Of a stretch of 32,000 nucleotides of DNA, positions 1 through 10,626 are shown piece after piece. The DNA lies in NCBI RefSeq assembly GCF_001272835.1, contig NZ_CP010546.1, forward strand, positions 752,809 to 784,808, in the 5' to 3' direction. How positions within the stretch are numbered: position 1 is the first letter of the stretch; every line of letters starts with the position of its first letter. This stretch comes from Mycoplasmoides pneumoniae FH. Lineage in GTDB: Bacteria > Bacillota_I > Bacilli_A > Mycoplasmatales > Mycoplasmoidaceae. Made by a program: the position numbers and the translations under genes. Under the pieces are notes generated by a model. It made no database searches. It worked only from the letters and a program-made list of their open reading frames with translations, and had not been told where the DNA came from.

Positions 1-12
1 TAATTTTCCCGT

Positions 13-531
13 ATGAAACTACAAATTTTTAATACAAAGCTAGGATTACTAGCAGCTAAGATTTACTGAAAGTCCTGGAGACACCTAGGACTGTCTGAAG
101 ATGAAATTGTGTCAATTGCGCTCCACGCCGAGCATGACTCCAAGAAGCGCTATGACCCCAAATACGGTTTGAGCTTTGAGACCTACTTGAAGTTAAATGG
201 TGCTAACTTCATTAAGTCGAGTTACCGTAGCTTAATGAATAAGGTTGATGACTGAATTGACTTTAAGGACATGAAAACACTCGAGGAACAAAACACAGTC
301 TCTTACACTCCTGAAAACTATTTAAGAAGTGTAGAATTCCGTGAAATGGTGCACTTAGCGTTTAAGAAAGCCAAGAATGAGGATGAACGTCAGGTGTTTG
401 CGCTTTATGTAAAGGGTTACAAAAATTTAGAGATTGCTAAAAAACTCAACCTAACGACCCGTAGAGTGCGCTACCTAATTTCAATCTTTAAGGATCACAT
501 TAAGGTATTGACTAAACGGTATGGTTACTAG
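13..531 (+). CDS. Small sigma-factor-like / recombination regulator-type protein (probable MG428/MPN626 family), 172 aa
   Basis: The 271..531 ORF extends upstream in frame through two TGA(Trp) codons to ATG at 13 ([73 protein letters not shown]...). The C-terminus [28 protein letters not shown] looks like a region 4 helix-turn-helix. Position beside ptsI matches the MG428/MG429 order (recalled). Confidence 0.8.
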
Positions 532-2246
532 ATGAAGATATCCTTCTTCTTGAAGAATTTTTCCACTAGCTTTTCCACCTCCTTGGCGTTCGCTAAGGTT
601 AATGCTTTTTGTGCTAATGTCTGACACTCTGTGTAATTGAGCTTAGCGATAATCATCCGCGCCTTAAACATGGAACTAGCACTCATGGAAAACTCTTTGA
701 GACCCAAACCTAAAAGTAGGGGAATCGCTAACGGTTCACCGGCCATCTCACCACACATTCCCGTTCAAATATCATTCACTTTACCCCCTTCAATGGTGAG
801 GTAAATGAGTTTTAATAAAGCTGGGTTTAAAGGTTGGTAGAGATAACTAACATTCTTATTCATCCGGTCAGCCGCAAAGCTGTACTGGATCAGGTCATTG
901 GTACCAATGGAGAAGAAATCCACGTGGTGACTTAAGGTGTTAGCCGCTAAAACAGCAGCGGGGATTTCGATCATAATCCCGAGCTTAAACTGTTTATTGC
1001 CACCCAACTCCTGGTGCACCTGGTTTAACAGTTGCTTGGCTTGCAACAGTTCATCCAAGGTAGCGACCATCGGGAACATAATGCCCAACTGACCGTGATC
1101 AGCAGCACGTAGTAAAGCCCGCAATTGTGTTTTAAAGATGTCCTGTTTGTCTAAGGTTAAACGCAAAGCGCGGTAGCCCAAGAAGGGGTTATCTTCGTGA
1201 GGAAACTCATAGTAATTAAGCTTCTTGTCCCCACCAATGTCTAGGGTGCGGATAATCACTAAATCACCGTGCGCTTGTTCTAACACTGCTTTGTAAGCCT
1301 GGTACTGCGTTTCTTCATCGGGTCATTCTTGACTGTTCATGTAGAGGAACTCAGTGCGGAATAAACCAACCCCGTTGGTATTGTACTGACATGCCAATTC
1401 CATGTCTTTCACATTACCAATGTTAGCAGCCACCACAACCGCATGACCATCTAAAGTCACGGTTTCCTTGTTGGTGTACTGCTTGAGTTCTTGTTGGTAT
1501 TTTTCTTCCAACGCTTTTTGTTTCTTCCACTCGGTAGTGTCCTTGGAGTTTAGGTCTAAGCCAGCTATTCCTTTGCGCCCATCAACCCCAACTATTTGAC
1601 CGTCTTTGACCTTAGTAGTAATGCCCTTAATGCCCACCACTGCGGGAATTTCCAGTGAACGCGCCATAATGGCAGCGTGACTGGTACGACCACCTATTTC
1701 GGTTAAAAAACCCTTGACGTATTTTTTGTTAAGGGTAGCAGTTTGACTCGGCGTTAAGTCATGGGCCACAATAATGACATCACTCTTAATCTTGACCAGG
1801 TCATGTGGTTTTTGTCCGGTTAAATAAGCTAATAAGCGTTGGCGCAAGTCCAAAATGTCTGCAGCACGTTCCTGGAAATACTTGTCCTGCATTTGGCTAA
1901 ACATGGTAGCCGTTTGGCTAAAGACAGTGTCCACGGCTATAACAGGATGAACATTTTGCGCTAACTGTTGTTCTAGTTGCTCGGTGATCGTGGGATCGTT
2001 GAGTATTTGAATGTGCGCATCAAAGATCATGCCCGCTTCAGTGTTAATGTTGTTAACGGTAATTTCCTTAATTTCCTCTAAGTCCTTAACGGCTTTTTTG
2101 AAAGCTGAGTCCAAGAGTCTTTTGGCCTGCGCCTTCGTTAATTGGTGCTTGAGGTATTTGTTAACAGCGAATTCCGGTGTTTTAACAAGGAAGGCTTTGG
2201 CTAGGGCCATGCCATCAGATACACCGATACCAGATAGTTTTTTCAT
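528..2246 (-). CDS. ptsI: Phosphoenolpyruvate-protein phosphotransferase (PTS enzyme I), 572 aa
   Basis: Three ORF-track pieces (1323..2246, 765..1286, 528..758) share one frame and are joined through TGA(Trp). Motifs: [21 protein letters not shown] (active-site His), [22 protein letters not shown]. Confidence 0.97.
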
Positions 2247-2250
2247 TTGT

Positions 2251-3777
2251 TTACTTTTTACTTATTAAAAGGGAGTTTGCGGTCATTTCTGCGGGCTGTT
2301 TGAGCCCTAAGTAAGCCAAAATGGTTGGGGCAATATTGGCTAGACTAGCACTGTCTTGTTGTAAGTCAATGTTTGTATCAGTACATACAAACGGCACCTT
2401 GTTGACAGTGTGTTTGGTAACTGGGTTATTGTTGCTGTCAATCATCTCTTCCGCGTTACCATGGTCAGCAGTTAAGAACAGGGTAATGTGGTTAGCCTTG
2501 CAGAAATCAATAATGCGCTGTATTTGCACATCCAAGGCCTCTAAGCCCTGCACACAAGCGGCATAGTTACCAGTATGACCTACCATATCAGGGTTGGCAA
2601 AGTTCAACACCGTCAAATCGAACTGGTTAATTTGATTTAGTAATTGATCAGTTATCCCCTTACATGCCATTTCCGGTGCTAAGTCATACGTAGCCACCTT
2701 TAACGAAGGTACCATGCACTTAGTTTCATTGGGTAGATCCACTTCCACTCCACCATCAAAGAAGAAGGTTACATGGGCGTACTTTTCCGTTTCTGCAATT
2801 CGCAGTTGCTTTAACTTATTGTGCGCAATGACTTCCCCAAAAGTATTGGGAATAGTTTCGGGCGGAAAGACCACGGCACTTGGTTTAATCCCCTCATAGT
2901 TCATCATCGTGACAAAGAAGAGGTTGTGCTTTCGTCCTGCTTTAGGGGTGTAGTCATAGTAATCTGTTTGAAAGAGCATGTGTGACATTTGCCGCGCACG
3001 ATCAGGACGGAAGTTAAAGAAGATCACACTGTCATGATCTTTGAGCGCAAACTGCTCTTTATCTACATTACCATTGACAGCCGGGTACAAAAACTCATCG
3101 GTTACCTTTTGGTCATAGGCACTTTGAACATAAGCTACCGGATCAGTAAAGCTAGCCTTACTGTTACCCAAAATGGCATTATAAGCAATCTCTTCTCTGT
3201 CCCAGCGCTGGTCACGATCCATACCATAGTAACGCCCACCTAAGGTACCAATGATGACATTGTGGTAATCCTTTAAGAACACCATGAAGGCTTCAAGGTC
3301 ACTCTTCATCGTGCAAGGTGCTACATCCCGCCCATCACCAAAGAGGTGGAGCACCATTTTGACCTGCGGTGCTGCTAGTTTAATCAAGGCATACAAATGG
3401 TCCATGTGACTGTGTACCCCGCCATGGGAAAACAGACCAATTAAGTGCAACTTAGCATTGTTAGCCTTGGCCCTAGCAATCGCCTCTAGTAACACCTGGT
3501 TGTGGTGAAAGGCCCCGGTTTTAATGTTTTGGTTAATTAACGATAAACCAGTGTAAACAATTCGACCAGCCCCAATATTGAGGTGACCCACTTCCGAGTT
3601 ACCGATTTGTCCTTGTGGTAGACCAACGGCTTCCCCCGAAGCTTCTAACATGACACAGGGATAATCCTTAATCAAACTGTCTAAAGCTGGAGTTTTAGCA
3701 TGGTACACCGCATTACCGTGTTGCTTATTACTAATACCATAACCATCCAAAATGGCTAGTAAGACCTTCTTATGCAT
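2251..3777 (-). CDS. gpmI: 2,3-bisphosphoglycerate-independent phosphoglycerate mutase, 508 aa
   Basis: Uninterrupted ORF with LLAILDGYGI, GNSEVGHLNIGAGRIVYT, DGRDVAP, FFNFRPDRARQMS and TADHGNAEEM motifs. Confidence 0.97.
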   Translation of the reverse strand: MHKKVLLAILDGYGISNKQHGNAVYHAKTPALDSLIKDYPCVMLEASGEAVGLPQGQIGNSEVGHLNIGAGRIVYTGLSLINQNIKTGAFHHNQVLLEAIARAKANNAKLHLIGLFSHGGVHSHMDHLYALIKLAAPQVKMVLHLFGDGRDVAPCTMKSDLEAFMVFLKDYHNVIIGTLGGRYYGMDRDQRWDREEIAYNAILGNSKASFTDPVAYVQSAYDQKVTDEFLYPAVNGNVDKEQFALKDHDSVIFFNFRPDRARQMSHMLFQTDYYDYTPKAGRKHNLFFVTMMNYEGIKPSAVVFPPETIPNTFGEVIAHNKLKQLRIAETEKYAHVTFFFDGGVEVDLPNETKCMVPSLKVATYDLAPEMACKGITDQLLNQINQFDLTVLNFANPDMVGHTGNYAACVQGLEALDVQIQRIIDFCKANHITLFLTADHGNAEEMIDSNNNPVTKHTVNKVPFVCTDTNIDLQQDSASLANIAPTILAYLGLKQPAEMTANSLLISKK

Positions 3778-4504
3778 ATACTTGTGCCATTACTAAAAAG
3801 TCGTTGACATCCAAAGATGCCTTGCCCACTAAAAAGCCATCAATTTGCTCGGTTTGTGCTAACTCCTTAATGTTGTCCTTAGCAACCGAACCACCATAGA
3901 GAATCGAGGTTTGTTGGGCAATTTCCTTGTTGTACAGTTCACTAAGGTACACGCGAATTTGGGCAATTGTGTTATTAGCAATTTCCGGTGTAGCGGTTTT
4001 ACCCGTACCAATTGCTCAAATTGGTTCGTAAGCAATCACTAACTGTTTGAGTAAGCTTAGGTCAATGCCTTGCAAGACTTGGGTTAAGTCTTCTTTGAGA
4101 AAACTAATTGGTTGACCTTCCGTTTCACCAATACAGAGCACGACTAACATTCCAGCTTGTAAACAGGCTTTTAGTTTTTGATTAATAACTTGCGCTGTTT
4201 CGTTAAAGTACTTTCGCCGTTCCGAGTGACCAATAATGACACTGTTGACCTTAATGTCTTGCAGTTGGGTATAGCTCACCGTACCAGTGTAAGAACCACT
4301 AGCAATAAAGTTAGCGTCTTGGGCTAACAGTAAGAGGTTATTAGGCAAGACTTTGTTTACCTCGGTTAAGTGGACGTGGACTGGGGCAATACCCAAAACC
4401 GCCTTAGTTTTAGCAGGGTGCTGTTTAAATTGCTCCACAAAGGCCAACGCTTGGTGTAAATCCTTATTTGTCTTTCAGTTACCAATTAGGTATTTCGTAC
4501 GCAT
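3770..4504 (-). CDS. tpiA: Triosephosphate isomerase, 244 aa
   Basis: Pieces 4016..4447 and 3770..3952 share one frame; ATG at 4504 gives MRTKYLIGNWKT. Motifs VIIGHSERRKYF, VIAYEPIWAIGTG and YGGSV. Overlaps gpmI by 8 nt. Confidence 0.97.
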
Positions 4505-4556
4505 ACGTTAAAGATTTTATAAGTTTTATTGATTAACCCCAGCGGGAAATACCTGA

Positions 4557-5771
4557 TTAATTTTCCTGGGCTTTAACTGGGTCTTTTACTGGTGGGACTA
4601 CTTTATCAGGTGCTTTTCTTTCATAGATATAACCATCCAACTTTTTAATGAAGGTAATTGAGAACAGAGCATCCGGATCGACTCGTCTAACAGCTTCTAA
4701 AAGTTCGGCCGTTTTCGTAAACAAACAGTTTGTAACTAACACCTGGTTCTTTTGGCGCGAATACCCCCCTTCCACTTCGAACATAGTGACCGCAAAGGAC
4801 TGGTTACTGCTCAACAAGTAGTTGCGCATTTGTTCCATGTGTTTACCATACACTTCCACTTTGACAAACTGGTATTTAGGAAAGAAGTAGGAGGTAAAGA
4901 TCCCTAAGATAATGTTCATGAAGATCGTAAACACTAAGTTAGGGGACAAGAAAAAAGCCACTCCAAACGGTTTTTGTCTATCTCCTTGAAAGCCTTGTGC
5001 TAGTAAGCTACCGGTAAGGTAAGTGCCAATGGTGTAACCGATCAAGAAACTAAGGGTGTTAACAATAAACAAAATACCACCAATGTCCTTGTGTTTCTTT
5101 TCCGAATACCAGAAGGCCAAAAAGTCCAACCCACCACTCGATGCATCAATAATTAGGATAACTGAGTAAAACACAGCTTGAAGAAAACCCCAGATCAGCG
5201 CATAGAACATTAACGAAATTTGCTTTTCAGCGGTTTGTTCCCAAAAGATCAGTTGCACCCCTTGGTTGTTAATCGCTTGTTCTAAGCCACCGTTGGCCTT
5301 AGTAAGTTCAGTTAAATTAGCAAACAAGAAGAAGTTTTCCACGCCCGGAATGTAAGAGAAGGCAAACCCAAAAACGTTGGAGACTACCACAAAGTAAAGG
5401 GTTAACAAGGTAAACTTTTTGGAAATCTTGTACCAACCCAAAACAAATAAGGGAATGTTAATCAGAATTTGACTCAACCAGAAGATGACGTTGTAAATGG
5501 TGTCAGCATCCACACTGACCTTGTTCGACCTAATTAAATAATCCGCTAACCGTGCTAAGCCCTGACTAATGGAAGCAATGCCAATGTCATATAATCCAGA
5601 AAACTGGACAAACACAACCCCTAACAAGCCCCAAAAGAAGGCAATCACGGAGAGAATTAACAGCTGTAAGTACAGCTTTTTCACCTTGTAAATTGCCTGG
5701 AACTTCAGAAACGATCCCGAAAGGTGTACCCGTACCAGATTGCCCTGAATTTTGACGTTTTTATCTTGCAT
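4557..5771 (-). CDS. YitT-family multi-pass membrane protein with C-terminal DUF2179-like domain, 404 aa
   Basis: Multiple hydrophobic segments; SGGLDFLAFWYSEKKHKDIGGILF; C-terminal domain EVEGGYSRQKNQVLVTNCLFTKTAELLEAVRRVDPDALFSITFIKKLDGYIYER. Paralogous to 29870..31075. Confidence 0.85.
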   Translation of the reverse strand: MQDKNVKIQGNLVRVHLSGSFLKFQAIYKVKKLYLQLLILSVIAFFWGLLGVVFVQFSGLYDIGIASISQGLARLADYLIRSNKVSVDADTIYNVIFWLSQILINIPLFVLGWYKISKKFTLLTLYFVVVSNVFGFAFSYIPGVENFFLFANLTELTKANGGLEQAINNQGVQLIFWEQTAEKQISLMFYALIWGFLQAVFYSVILIIDASSGGLDFLAFWYSEKKHKDIGGILFIVNTLSFLIGYTIGTYLTGSLLAQGFQGDRQKPFGVAFFLSPNLVFTIFMNIILGIFTSYFFPKYQFVKVEVYGKHMEQMRNYLLSSNQSFAVTMFEVEGGYSRQKNQVLVTNCLFTKTAELLEAVRRVDPDALFSITFIKKLDGYIYERKAPDKVVPPVKDPVKAQEN

Positions 5772-5857
5772 ATTCCAAGTCCTCCTTTTTCATCATTTTG
5801 CCAATTGCTAACAGGCTTAAATTTAATATTTATTAGGTACAAAAATCGATTACATTA

Positions 5858-6754
5858 ATGGCAACAAAAATAGAGCTCATAAAAGAACTACGTAAAACAA
5901 CACAAGCGAGCATGATGGACTGTAAAAAGGCTTTGGAACAAAATAACGATGATCTCGAAAAGGCCATTAAGTGATTGAGAGAAAACGGAATTGTTAAATC
6001 TGCTAAGAAATTAGGCAAAGTAGCCGCTGATGGTTGCATTGTGTTACACAGTGATCACCACAAGGCAGTGATGGTGGAAATTAATTCTCAAACGGACTTT
6101 GTAGCGCGTAGTCAAGAGTTAACGGACTTTGCGCAATTAATGATTAGTGAAGTCTTTAAAAAGGCTACCCCTACCACTACTATTGAAGAAGTAACCCAGT
6201 ACGAACTCCAAGGCAAAGAAAAGGTAGCAGAACGTTTGGCTTTAGTCGCTTCCAAAACTGATGAAAAGATTGTGTTGCGCCGCTTAATGGTGTTTGAAAG
6301 CAAAACTAACCACATCTTTAGCTACCTCCACGCTAACAAACGGATTGGCGTAATCTTGGAAGTGGAAGGCAAGTTTGATGAACAAGATGGTAAACACTTA
6401 GCAATGCACATTGCCGCTAACTCACCGCAGTTCATTGATCAGGACAATGTGGATCAAACATGGTTAGCTAACGAAACCAGCATCATTAAGTCCCAAGCCA
6501 AACTAGAAGTCCAAGACAATCCGAAGAAAGCAGCGTTCTTAGACAAAACTATTGCTGGACGCGTGAACAAACTCTTAATTGACATTTGTCTGGTAAACCA
6601 AAAGTACTTGGTCGATGAATCCAAAACAGTTGGTCAATTCTTAAAGGAAAAGAACAGTAAAGTAATCCATTTTGTGCGCTTTGAAGTTGGTGAAGGCATT
6701 GTCAAAGAAGCAGTTGACTTCGCTAGTGAAGTAAGTGCGCAAATGAAAAAATAA
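5858..6754 (+). CDS. tsf: Elongation factor Ts, 298 aa
   Basis: ATG at 5858: [44 protein letters not shown], reading through TGA at 5972; CIVLHSDHHKAVMVEINSQTDFVAR. Confidence 0.97.
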
Positions 6755-6755
6755 G

Positions 6756-7463
6756 ATGCGCCTAAAGATCCTAATCAAACTAAGCGGTGCTGGCATGAGC
6801 GCTGATAGTTCCGAACCGTTTTCCAACCAATTTTTAGAAACTGTCATCGCTCAACTAAAACAACTAGTACCCAACTACCAAATAGGCATTGTGATTGGTG
6901 GGGGCAACATTATGCGCGGTAAGTCTTGTAGTGACTACAACATTACCGAAATAGCAGGGCACCACTTGGGCATTATGGCCACGGTTATTAACGGCGCTTT
7001 TTTAAAGGCTAAGTTTGATAGTCATAAACTTAACAGCACCCTGTTGAGTGCAGTGAGCTGTCCTAGTTTAGCGACCCACATTGTGTCCCAGGCCACGATT
7101 GATGATGCCTTTAAAAACCATGACATTGTCATTTTTGCGGGCGGTACTGGTAACCCGTACTTTTCGACTGATACCGCTGTGGCGTTGCGTGCTACCCAAA
7201 TGCAAGCCGATATTATTCTAATTGGCAAGAATGGTGTTGATGGGGTTTACACTGCGGATCCTAAAAAGGATAAGCATGCTAAGTTTTTAGCTAGCTTAAC
7301 TTACGCTGAAGCGATTAAGAATGACCTGCAAATCATGGACATTACCGCCTTTACAATGTGTAAGGAAAATAACTTAAAGGTGATCATATTTAACATCAAT
7401 GCCGAGCATGCCATCATTAAGGCATTGAGCAAACAAGGTAAATACACCTTAATAGAAAAATAA
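6756..7463 (+). CDS. pyrH: Uridylate kinase, 235 aa
   Basis: KILIKLSGAGM, IGIVIGGGNIMRG, HDIVIFAGGTGNPYFSTDTAVALRATQM, IILIGKNGVDGVYTADPKKD. Starts 1 nt after tsf. Confidence 0.97.
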   Translation: MRLKILIKLSGAGMSADSSEPFSNQFLETVIAQLKQLVPNYQIGIVIGGGNIMRGKSCSDYNITEIAGHHLGIMATVINGAFLKAKFDSHKLNSTLLSAVSCPSLATHIVSQATIDDAFKNHDIVIFAGGTGNPYFSTDTAVALRATQMQADIILIGKNGVDGVYTADPKKDKHAKFLASLTYAEAIKNDLQIMDITAFTMCKENNLKVIIFNINAEHAIIKALSKQGKYTLIEK

Positions 7464-7493
7464 GCAACTGTTTTTTAGATTAATAACATAATT

Positions 7494-7541
7494 AAAAGCT
7501 GGATCGCTGTTTAATCTCCTGCAGCTTTCCAGCTTTTTTAT
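7494..7541 (+). terminator. Terminator-like hairpin downstream of pyrH
   Basis: Perfect 10-nt inverted arms AAAAGCTGGA (7494-7503) and TCCAGCTTTT (7528-7537), followed by more Ts. The loop itself contains GCTG/CAGC. Confidence 0.6.
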
Positions 7542-7565
7542 TAGCCATTTTCAAAATAACTTTCT

Positions 7566-8936
7566 ATGCGCTACTTAGACCTCAATATTAAAAGCATCTT
7601 AGCTGATTGAGAAATTGCTGATGCGATCCGTGAATTGATTGCCAATGCGATTGATGAACACCGCTTAAGCAACACCGCTTTCCCCGTAATTGAATTGCAA
7701 AAAGGCTTTCTAAACTCTTCTTTAGTGATTAAAGATTATGGTAGGGGTATTAAGTCCAATCACTTTATCCAAAACGAAAGTAGGGAAAAGGTTCAAAGTG
7801 AAAAAACTATTGGTAAGTTTGGCATTGGTCTCAAAGATGCCATAGCTGTTCTTTTCCGTCATAATGTCAAAGTTAGCTTTACCAGTAGTGAAGGCACTTT
7901 TACCCCTGTTGAGCGAATGAAGGAAGGTATGAAAGACGGCACCAAAACAATTCAAATAACGGTGGATGAAACCAAGAAGATTGACAAGGGCACTGACATC
8001 CTCATTAGCAAGATTAGTAGAAGTGATTACGAAAAAGCCATTGCTATTTTTTTGGAATTAAGAACTGGCTATCAAAAACTGGCTTCTTCCAAAAAGGGTG
8101 ATATTTATCGCAGTGAAAATGGTTCAGAGATCTTTCTTAACGGGATGAAAATCGGAACCGATGAAAACTTCTTGTTTTCTTATGACATTAAAGAACCCAA
8201 TAAGAAATTGCAAAAATCCTTAAACCGGGAGCGTAAAACACTTTCCCGTGATAGCTACCGTGACAATATCATTTCCATTTTGAAGTCCAGCATTAATAAA
8301 AATACCCAAACTTTAATTAACCAATTAATTGACAACCGCGATCAGTTTGAAACTGGTGAATGGAGTTTTATTGATGTCAAAAAGTTAGTAATGCAAAACA
8401 CTAACCGAAAGATTTTGTGAACATCCAATGAAAGCAGTGACATTGCAGCACCTGCTTATCAAACATGAGCACAAGAGGAAGGTTATGAAATTATTTCGAT
8501 TGGTTCATCACAATATCAAAGTATGGAAAATGATGCCGAATTTAAAAGCTATACCCTCAACGATTTTGGTGATAGATTTGTCAATGAATTCCAAACGGAA
8601 GAGGTGCCATTCCACAAATTAACTGAGATCGAAAAAGACAACTGGAATTGGGTAATGGCTAAGGTCAAAGAACTTACCAGGGTTTGAAGTAATTGGAAAA
8701 ATTTATACAAACACTATGAATTTTCGATCATTAAAAAACATCCTAATGCTGAAGGATTACATAGCAATGGAAGAATTCAAATAGTTAGAAAAATTCTTAA
8801 TGAACGCTCTCACTTGTTCAACACTATCATGCACGAAATTTGTCATGCAACTAGCTTTAGTCCTGATGTATCAAAAAGATTTGAACAAGGATTAACCAGT
8901 GCATTTTATCCAGTTATGAAATTGAAACCAGAATAA
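7566..8936 (+). CDS. GHKL (HSP90/MutL/MORC-like) ATPase N-terminal domain fused to a C-terminal HExxH metallopeptidase-like domain, 456 aa
   Basis: One ORF in code 4 from ATG 7566 to TAA 8934-8936. N box EIADAIRELIANAIDEH; G1-like VIKDYGRGI; G2-like TIGKFGIGLKDAIAVLF; C-terminal SHLFNTIMHEICHATSFSPDVSKRFEQGLTSAFYPVMKLKPE*. Confidence 0.85.
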
Positions 8937-9102
8937 AATGGTTTTCTTTTCTATAAATGTCTAGCTAAAACTTTTTTGCCAAACGTTTTTGACCTCAAGT
9001 AGAAGCTTGTTCAAAAAATCATCATGGCCTTATTAAAGTTTTTCAACCAAAGTATTGCCCTTCTTTTAATCCAATTGGGCAAATTGTTAAAATTCCCAGA
9101 TT

Positions 9103-10007
9103 ATGTTTTATCTCGATTTAAACATTCAAAATATTCTTACCAATTGGGAGATAGCTGATGCTGTTCGCGAACTGATCGCTAACGCCATTGATGAGCACAT
9201 TTAACCGAAACCCAATTCCCTAAAATTGAATTTAACGAAAACAATTCAAGCTCAACATTAATAATTCAAGACTTTGGTCGCGGCATTAAAATCGAACACT
9301 TTATCCAAAACGAAAGTAAGGAAAAGGTTCAAAGTGAAAAAACTATTGGTAAGTTTGGCACTGTTTTAAAGGATGCAATTGCTGTTTTATTTCGCACTAA
9401 TATCAAAGTGAGTTTTACAAGTCAGCAAGGTACTTTTATTCCTGTAGAACGGAGTAAAACTGAACTGGAAGGTAGCATCAAAACAATTCAAATGGAAGTT
9501 GATCCAGCTGAACAAATTGAAAAAGCGGGTACCTTAATCACAATTGAAGGATTGAAAAAAGATGACTATGACAAAGCTATTGTTAATTTCTTAGCTCTAC
9601 GGGAAGATTTGCAATTATTAGCTGCTTCACCCAAAGGCGATGTTTACCGTAATACATCAGGTAACGGCGCAGAAATTTTTCTCAACGGGATGAAAATTGC
9701 AACCGATGAAGACTTTCTCTTTTCCTATCACATTAAAGAACCTAACAAAAAGTTACAGCGTTCCCTTAACCGGGAAAATAAAAATTTACCAAGAGATTGT
9801 TATCGTGAAAACATCATCACCATTCTTAAGTCCAACATTAACAATAGAACACAAACACTTATTGATGAATTAATAGATTCACGTGACCAATATGACAATG
9901 GCGAGTGGAGTTTTATTGATGTCAAAAAACTAATTGGTTTAAACACAAACAGAAATATTTTGTGAGCCGATAGCAGTAGTAAAAACATAGAAAAACTAAT
10001 TTATTAA
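9103..10007 (+). pseudogene. Frameshifted second copy of the GHKL ATPase module
   Basis: ATG 9103 encodes MFYLDLNIQNILTNWEIADAVRELIANAIDEHI then TAA at 9202. Homology resumes in another frame (LTETQFPKIEFNENNSSSTLIIQDFGRGIKIEHFIQNESKEKVQSEKTIGKFGTVLKDAIAVLF...) to TAA 10005-10007. Parallels the 7566..8936 protein throughout. Confidence 0.85.
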
Positions 10008-10016
10008 CTTTATGGA

Positions 10017-10550
10017 ATGGATACCAAAAAATATGAAATTTTGGCGTTAAATTCCTTGCAATACAGAAGCATGGAAAACGATGATCGTTTAAAAAAGCAA
10101 ACACTGATGCATGTAAGTGAAAAGTTAAAACAACAAAGAATTGAAGAAGAGGCTGAGAAAATCAAAGTTAAAGAACAAAAGCCACGAAAACGATTTGAGG
10201 AAGAAGATTTGCCAATAGAAGATTTAAATCCAATTGAAAGAGAAGGTTGGGATTGAGCGATGGAAAAGGCCAGAGAATTATGTGGTTTTATAAGAGGATG
10301 GGAAAAACTTTATGAAGAATATCAGTTTGTTCTAATGGAAAAGAATCACAAATATGTCGGGCTTTGTTACACCGATCAAAAAATTATCAAACTCTCAAGA
10401 GAAATATTGAAAGATGAATACAGTTTATTGAATACCTTAGTGCATGAAATTTGTCATGCAACAACTAATGGTCGAGACGGAACGAAGAAGTTTGAAAGGG
10501 GTCTAACTGATGCTTTTCATCCATTATTTAAACTAGGGCAAAGTAAATAA
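10017..10550 (+). CDS. HExxH metallopeptidase-like protein (C-terminal half of the second copy), 177 aa
   Basis: Track pieces 10017..10256 and 10260..10550 share one frame, joined through TGA at 10254. MDTKKYEILALNSLQYRSMENDDRLKKQ... SLLNTLVHEICHATTNGRDGTKKFERGLTDAFHPLFKLGQSK*; homologous to the C-terminus of 7566..8936. Confidence 0.8.
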
Positions 10551-10626
10551 TTAGTCCGTGTTTTACATTGTCGTTGAATTTCCGCAACCGCTTTCCATTA
10601 AAATAATTTAACGCCTGAATAAAGTG

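Noticed and set aside
2011-3243. Plus-strand ORFs 2011..2268, 2321..2566, 2714..2899 and 2989..3243
   Set aside because: Antisense to strongly supported ptsI and gpmI, with low-complexity translations and no recognisable motifs.
7635-8622. The ORF-track split of the GHKL gene at TGA 8418 (and a separate ORF at 8428..8622)
   Set aside because: TGA encodes Trp here. The same frame continues to TAA 8934 and carries the HExxH region that matches copy 2; 8428..8622 is an alternative frame.
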